NCBI GenBank assembly: GCA_025361065.1
Contig: JANYAY010000064.1
Location: forward strand, 40,086-104,085
Length of the DNA stretch: 64,000 nucleotides
Reading direction: 5' to 3'
Source of the DNA: Deltaproteobacteria bacterium
GTDB lineage: Bacteria; Desulfobacterota; Syntrophia; Syntrophales; Smithellaceae
The notes under the pieces: model-generated
What the model saw: only the letters and a program-made list of their open reading frames with translations
What the model was told of the DNA's origin: nothing
Databases searched by the model: none
Position numbers and translations under genes: made by a program
Part shown: positions 58,922-64,000 of the stretch, piece by piece
Layout: each line of letters opens with the position of its first letter
How positions within the stretch are numbered: the stretch's first letter is position 1

Positions 58922-59800
58922 CTATACCCTCTCGATTTCCACAAGACCGAACAGGCCATAAGGTTTTACTAACAATATAAAGACCAGTACAATATAGGGT
59001 ACGACATCACGCAGTGACGGTGATATATAGCCCCCGGTAAATGTCTCCAAAAGACCGATAATTATACCACCGATAATAGCGCCGCCGATGCTGTCGAGCC
59101 CGCCTAAGATAACCACAGGAAATACTTTAAGCCCGATAGAACTCAAATCATGGACATTAACACCGTTAATAATTCCCAACACAATACCGCTCATGCTGGC
59201 CACCAGAGCAGCAATTGCCCAGGATAGGGCAAATACACGCCGGACATGAACTCCCAGAGATAAAGCGGCTTTTTGATTATCGGCCACTGAGCGCATATAT
59301 ATCCCCTGGGAAGATTTTTTAAAAAACAATCCAAACAGAACAAGAAAAAGGACACTGATAACAAGAGTCGCGGAATACACAGGAGCGATATAGATGGAGC
59401 CTAATTTCAAGGCCATAGCTTCCGGCAAAAAATCAGGATAAGTATGCAGGTTGCCGCCCCAGATTAGTAAAATTAGTCCTTTGAACATAGCAGCAAGACC
59501 TACCGTGAGCATGATAACAAAAATCAGCTTTTCACCGATTAACGGCCTTAAAAAGAATCTCTCTATTAAAAATCCCAGGATAAAGCAACCGACAAGTGTC
59601 AGAATAAAAGCAATTAATACAGGTAGTTTTGCCCATGTTATCAATGCTAAAAAGAAAAATGCACCCAGTGCCAGAAGTTCACCGTGGGCAAAGTTCAATA
59701 CACTGGATGATTTAAAAATCATAACAAAACCCATGGCAGATATTCCATAAAGAAGTCCGACACAAACACCATTAACCAGTAGTTGAAGGAAAAAATCCAT
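58922..59800 (-). CDS. HAAT-family ABC transporter permease, LivH-like
   Basis: 292 aa. It has the LLVNGVCVGLLYGISAMGFVMIF...NFAHGE motif typical of LivH. Confidence 0.88.
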   Translation of the reverse strand: MDFFLQLLVNGVCVGLLYGISAMGFVMIFKSSSVLNFAHGELLALGAFFFLALITWAKLPVLIAFILTLVGCFILGFLIERFFLRPLIGEKLIFVIMLTVGLAAMFKGLILLIWGGNLHTYPDFLPEAMALKLGSIYIAPVYSATLVISVLFLVLFGLFFKKSSQGIYMRSVADNQKAALSLGVHVRRVFALSWAIAALVASMSGIVLGIINGVNVHDLSSIGLKVFPVVILGGLDSIGGAIIGGIIIGLLETFTGGYISPSLRDVVPYIVLVFILLVKPYGLFGLVEIERV

Positions 59801-59801
59801 T

Positions 59802-61775
59802 TTATTCCACCTTGATTATGTTTACTGTTGTTTCAATTTCACCGATACGTCCGTCACGGTAACGAACCTTACCCTGTACGCGGACATTTTTTTCATTATG
59901 GTACATTGCCTCAATAATCTTAATATATAACCCGTAAACAAAACGCCGCCTGACTTTGCCGGTGCGGGTAAGCTCTTCTTCATCGGCATCCAGTAATTTG
60001 TAAAGCAGAATAAATATTTTGACTTTCATCAAATCGGGAAGTTGTTCGTTAACCTGACGTATTTCTTTTAAAATCAATTCTTCGACTGCCGGCTGCTGGG
60101 AAAGATCAATATAAGTTGTATAAGGAATCATGCGCTCTTCCGCCCAGTTGCCGACGTTTCCCAAATCGATGTTGATCATCGCGGTTATGAAAGGCCGGCT
60201 CTCGCCGAAGATAACTGCTTCTTTAATATAGGGGCTGAACTTCAAACGGGTTTCAATAAAATCAGGTGAAAAAGCTTCGCCGCTTTTATTGCGAATGATA
60301 TCTTCTTTCCGGCCGATTATCAGCAAATGGCCATCGCCATCAATGTAACCGGCGTCACCTGTTTTCAGCCATCCATCAAGAAAAGCATTCTGTGTTGTCT
60401 CATAATCATTATAATAGCCGGAAAAATTAGCCAGACTTTTCACCAGAACTTCCTGATCGTCGGCAATTTTTACTTCAGTCTGCGGCAATGGTTTTCCGAC
60501 AGTTTCCAGCTTAACTTCATTGTCCGGCTGGATCTGGAAGATACCGCCGGCTTCAGTCAAACCATAGCATTGTTTGAGATTCAAACCGATGGCGCGGAAG
60601 AAAAGAATGACATCCGGGCTGATGGGGTGGCCACCGGTGAAAGCGCTGCGAAAGTGCGAACAGCCCAGACGATCCAAAAGCGGACGGTAAACTAGAAAAG
60701 ACATCAATTTATATAAAACATTCAATGAAAAAGGGATTTTAATTTTCCTGGCAGTTTTCTCGACAACTGTTTTGCCTACCGATTCGGCCAGGTAGAACAA
60801 ATTTCTCTTGAGCCAACCAGCATCAGATATTTTAACCCGAATACTCGAAGCCATGTCCTCCCAGAAGCGCGATGATGTTATAATTATGGATGGGCCAATA
60901 TCACGAAAATCATCCAGCACTGTTTCGGCTGTTTCGGGGAAATTAATGGTCATGGCACTTTGGGGGGCAACACCCAGGCACCACATTTGATCGACAATCC
61001 AGGCCGGCGGTGATATCGATATCCAGTTTTCTTCAGGTTTAATCTCATTAGACTCTGTCCACTGCAGCGCAATGGAAATTAAATTGCGATGGGAAAGCAT
61101 GGCTAATTTGGGAATACCTGTGGTTCCCGAAGTTTGAATCATTACGGCAATGTCATCAGGTCTGCCTTTTTGTATTTCTTCTGCAATTAAATTTTCATTT
61201 TCCTTACGAAATTTTTCACCGGTTTCCAGCAGCTGGGCATAGCTCATCAGCCAGGTATCATTCTTGTAAGAAGTCATTCCAGTGGGATCTATGTAAACAA
61301 CCTTCCTAATGAACGGTAACTTATCTTTTATTTCCAGCAGTTTATCAGTTTGTTCCTGATCCTGCACCACAACAATCGGGGAATTAATGCGCTTAATCGA
61401 TGTGCTTAATTCTTCAGCCACAGATGATGTAAATAGATTTAGTGTCGTTGCGCCGAGCGCATGGGCGGCGGCCGCCGAAAATAACCATTCCGGATGATTC
61501 TCGACGATCAGACAAACAGCATCGCCACGCTTGAGTTTCAGGGCCGCAAACCCAGCCGCAGTCTTCTCCATGTAACGATAATAGTCTGCCCAGCTGTATT
61601 TCTGCCAGATACCATATGCTTTGTCCCGAATGGCTGTTTTTGTATCGCCATATTTCGACAAATTTCCGGCCAGTATTTGGGGAAGCGTATTGCAGCTGTC
61701 CAGCTTTTTTTGTATTGTGAAATCCAAACTATTCCGCCTATTGTAATCTATCTTTCTACAAAGTATCAACATCAC
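59802..61775 (-). CDS. AMP-dependent (ANL) acyl-CoA synthetase, long-chain-fatty-acid-CoA-ligase-like
   Basis: 657 aa with the AMP-binding motif IQTSGTTGIPK, YGLTE and TGDAGYIDGDGHLLIIGRKED. It is embedded between ABC genes and overlaps the livG-like stop by 20 nt. Confidence 0.85.
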   Translation of the reverse strand: MMLILCRKIDYNRRNSLDFTIQKKLDSCNTLPQILAGNLSKYGDTKTAIRDKAYGIWQKYSWADYYRYMEKTAAGFAALKLKRGDAVCLIVENHPEWLFSAAAAHALGATTLNLFTSSVAEELSTSIKRINSPIVVVQDQEQTDKLLEIKDKLPFIRKVVYIDPTGMTSYKNDTWLMSYAQLLETGEKFRKENENLIAEEIQKGRPDDIAVMIQTSGTTGIPKLAMLSHRNLISIALQWTESNEIKPEENWISISPPAWIVDQMWCLGVAPQSAMTINFPETAETVLDDFRDIGPSIIITSSRFWEDMASSIRVKISDAGWLKRNLFYLAESVGKTVVEKTARKIKIPFSLNVLYKLMSFLVYRPLLDRLGCSHFRSAFTGGHPISPDVILFFRAIGLNLKQCYGLTEAGGIFQIQPDNEVKLETVGKPLPQTEVKIADDQEVLVKSLANFSGYYNDYETTQNAFLDGWLKTGDAGYIDGDGHLLIIGRKEDIIRNKSGEAFSPDFIETRLKFSPYIKEAVIFGESRPFITAMINIDLGNVGNWAEERMIPYTTYIDLSQQPAVEELILKEIRQVNEQLPDLMKVKIFILLYKLLDADEEELTRTGKVRRRFVYGLYIKIIEAMYHNEKNVRVQGKVRYRDGRIGEIETTVNIIKVE

Positions 61776-62583
61776 CCAGATAGGCTTTAATTACTTCCGG
61801 ATGATTGCTGATTTCTTCAGGCGAGCCTTCGCCCAGTTTCTCGCCAAAATTTAAGACCATAATACGTTGGGAAATACTCATCACAATGGACATGTCATGT
61901 TCAACTAAAATCATCGTAAGCCCCCAGGTTTGATTTAATTCCAGGAGGAAACGAACCATATCTTCTTTTTCTTCCAGATTCATTCCCGCAAAAGGCTCAT
62001 CTAAAATGAGCAAACGGGGCTCCAGAGCCAAAGCCCTCCCCAATTCCACTCGTTTCATCATTCCATAGGGGAGAGAGCCGACAGTTTTTTTGCGGATGGG
62101 TTGCATTTCCAGAAAATCGATTATTTCTTCCAGAATTTGTCGATGGCGGATTTCTTCTTTTTTTACCGCCCCGGAAAATAAACAGGAACGAAGAAAACTG
62201 TAATGGCAATGAATATGGCGTGCCAGAGTCATATTGGCCAGCACTGTCATTCCCGGAAATAATTCTATGTTCTGAAATGTCCTGCCAATTCCAACCGAAA
62301 CCAGTTCATGCGTATGGAGGTTGGTAATATCCCGGCCGTTGAAAATAATCTGCCCTTTTTGCGGATGGTAAAAGCCGGTAATACAATTGAGCAAACTGGT
62401 CTTACCGGCGCCATTAGGACCGATAATGGCCATCAATTCGCCGGTATGCACATTAAGATCAATATCTTTGACGGCAATAACGCCGCCAAAGTTCAAATGC
62501 AAACCTTTAATTAACAATTCGGCTTTTTTGTCTTCTTCTCTCCGGCTGCTGAATATTGATGGCTGGCCACGAAAAGCTTTCAT
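61756..62583 (-). CDS. HAAT-family ABC transporter ATP-binding protein, LivG-like
   Basis: GPNGAGKTS and LILDEPFAGMN motifs, with the LivG-type C-terminus in 275 aa. Confidence 0.88.
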   Translation of the reverse strand: MKAFRGQPSIFSSRREEDKKAELLIKGLHLNFGGVIAVKDIDLNVHTGELMAIIGPNGAGKTSLLNCITGFYHPQKGQIIFNGRDITNLHTHELVSVGIGRTFQNIELFPGMTVLANMTLARHIHCHYSFLRSCLFSGAVKKEEIRHRQILEEIIDFLEMQPIRKKTVGSLPYGMMKRVELGRALALEPRLLILDEPFAGMNLEEKEDMVRFLLELNQTWGLTMILVEHDMSIVMSISQRIMVLNFGEKLGEGSPEEISNHPEVIKAYLGDVDTL

Positions 62584-62627
62584 GAAAATCCTTCTGGAAG
62601 ATTATAGTAAAACACCTTCACAGTTAA

Positions 62628-63830
62628 TTACCGCTTGAACAATTTAATTTTATCCTTGCCCGGCACATAAAAATTAGTTAACGGCACATATGTTCCGTCT
62701 TCCGTGACTTTAACCATACGGGCAGTGAATGATGCACCATGATCTTCTTTAGTGTAAGTAACTTTGGGTATTAAACCGCCAAAATCTTCATTTCTAAATG
62801 ATTCCATTGCCGTGTTTATAGTTTCCGGATTGATATTTTTACTTTTTTCATAAGCACGGATGAATGCTCTCTCCATAATCATACCGACAGCAACACCTTC
62901 CCAATAAGAAGCATCAAATTTTTCCACAGTTTTGTAACGCTTCCATAGTTCTTGCATCACCCTCATTCCTTCCGATTTATCTGTAGGCAAAGCACCCGGG
63001 AATTGAATTACAAGGCGGTCGCGAATCAATCCCTTGCTCATTTTGAAGAAATCCGGATCAGTTGATGTCCATGTTCCCAAAAACAAAGGACTGTAATTAA
63101 TGCGATCGGCACTTTTGAAGGCGGTAATAATTGCGGACGGTAACATTTGGATGAATACATATTCAGCACCGGCTTTTTGCAAGCGCAGCAATTCCGTGTT
63201 CAGATCAACTGTCTTCGGGGGAAATTCTTCAATGGCCACTATGTTGATTTTCAGCTTTGCCGCATATTCCTTGCTTGGTTCATGAATTGACCGGCCATAA
63301 GCATTATTATAGGTGAGCAGACCAACTTTGGGAGAATCTTTTCCCTTGTGGATTGCCCTGATATATTCCAGGACGGCATGGCAATCCATCTTATAGCTGC
63401 CGAAGGGCAGATACATATAGCCAAACGGTTTTTCCAGAATTTCCCAACTGGTTGAATAATTGATTGTAGGTATCTTATATTTTTGCACTATCGGCTTTGC
63501 AGCCAGGCCTTCACCGGCGCCCCAGGTGGCAATCATATCTACTTTATCCTGCAGTGCGAATTTCTGAACAGCGGCAACAGCTTCGGGTACTTTATAAGCA
63601 GTGTCCACTGAGATCATTTCAATCCTATTGCCGGACACACCACCTTTAACATCGTTGACATAACGAAAATAATCGCGCTGGCCTTTTTCATGGAACTGAC
63701 CCCAGCTCGAAGCCGGACCGGTCATATTTATTGCTGCTCCAACCTTAATTGTTTTGGCTTGCCCAGTGCCTAAATCTGCAAGTAAGAAAACTGCGGCCGT
63801 CATTACGGTTAAAAAAATAATTTTTTTCAT
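62628..63830 (-). CDS. ABC transporter periplasmic substrate-binding protein (type I PBP, LivK-like)
   Basis: The Met at 63830 after a GGAGAG Shine-Dalgarno gives MKKIIFLTVMTAAVFLLADLGTGQA, a signal peptide. The KVGAAINMTGP start is typical of the Leu/Ile/Val-binding-protein fold. Confidence 0.85.
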   Translation of the reverse strand: MKKIIFLTVMTAAVFLLADLGTGQAKTIKVGAAINMTGPASSWGQFHEKGQRDYFRYVNDVKGGVSGNRIEMISVDTAYKVPEAVAAVQKFALQDKVDMIATWGAGEGLAAKPIVQKYKIPTINYSTSWEILEKPFGYMYLPFGSYKMDCHAVLEYIRAIHKGKDSPKVGLLTYNNAYGRSIHEPSKEYAAKLKINIVAIEEFPPKTVDLNTELLRLQKAGAEYVFIQMLPSAIITAFKSADRINYSPLFLGTWTSTDPDFFKMSKGLIRDRLVIQFPGALPTDKSEGMRVMQELWKRYKTVEKFDASYWEGVAVGMIMERAFIRAYEKSKNINPETINTAMESFRNEDFGGLIPKVTYTKEDHGASFTARMVKVTEDGTYVPLTNFYVPGKDKIKLFKR

Positions 63831-63936
63831 TTTTCTCTCCTTGTTTATGCTTTTCAATTACCACTTTGATCAACAACCTCGCAGCAAGCTGCGGAGGATT
63901 AACGCTCGTCCCGCGTGAGCGGGATTAAATTTTCGG

Positions 63937-63975
63937 CAAAAAAAAACCGTGGGCTCTTATTCAGTTGCCCACGGT
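63937..63975 (-). terminator. intrinsic terminator for a minus-strand gene lying beyond the right window edge
   Basis: The minus strand reads CCGTGGGC-(12 nt loop)-GCCCACGG followed by T10. On the plus strand the arms are at 63947-63954 and 63967-63974, and the A-run is at 63937-63946. Confidence 0.7.
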
Positions 63976-64000
63976 TCATTTCCCCTTTTAATTGGTCATG

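Noticed and set aside
1-64000. CRISPR arrays, rRNA genes, tmRNA/SRP/RNase P RNAs, transposases, integrases and prophage genes
   Set aside because: I scanned the intergenic gaps and the ORF list. I found no regularly spaced 25-40-nt direct repeats, no rRNA-like conserved blocks, and no DDE or tyrosine/serine recombinase-like ORFs. The only RNA gene supported is tRNA-Pro.

Overview
AT-rich bacterial chromosomal segment. Hand-counted 60-nt lines in the background give about 37-43% G+C. It is gene-dense and consists mostly of housekeeping genes. Gene content loosely suggests an anaerobic deltaproteobacterial/Desulfobacterota-like organism (GspE/F, DUF4911, PaaK-like ligase, Liv-type ABC operon with an embedded acyl-CoA ligase); this is inference only.

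Recognisable genes:
- Envelope and secretion: an orphan ParB-like gene cut by the left edge, a minimal GspE-GspF-pseudopilin module, and a lytic transglycosylase.
- Core block: tRNA-Pro(GGG), comEA-like, lysC, tsaE, acpS, folP, ftsH, tilS.
- Metabolism: a fused homocysteine-methyltransferase/MTHFR gene, DUF2520-panB, panE-like, purM-purN, pfk.
- Other: miaA, a MATE pump, cspA-like, pepA with two Opp/Dpp-type ATPases, recG, rpmB, recJ.
- Transport: a six-gene Liv-type ABC operon.

Most unusual content:
1. Three gene-precise GC-rich inserts (about 62-65% G+C in sampled lines): the metF fusion, panE, and an 8.7-kb, 2894-aa cyclic beta-1,2-glucan synthase-like gene.
2. A small accessory patch (45.9-47.9 kb) next to that giant gene, holding an uncharacterised Abi/HEPN-like 301-aa protein plus ParE-type and BrnT/BrnA toxin-antitoxin pairs.
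3. A Tat-signal metallophosphoesterase disrupted at two simple-sequence runs, coupled to a CuA-motif mini-cupredoxin.
4. Candidate cis-regulatory elements: a terminator-containing leader upstream of the pan genes, and three GGTCAC repeats at 10-bp phasing upstream of pfk.

I saw no rRNA, CRISPR array, transposase or integrase. I found no clear-cut novel multi-gene system, so the findings are ranked candidates.
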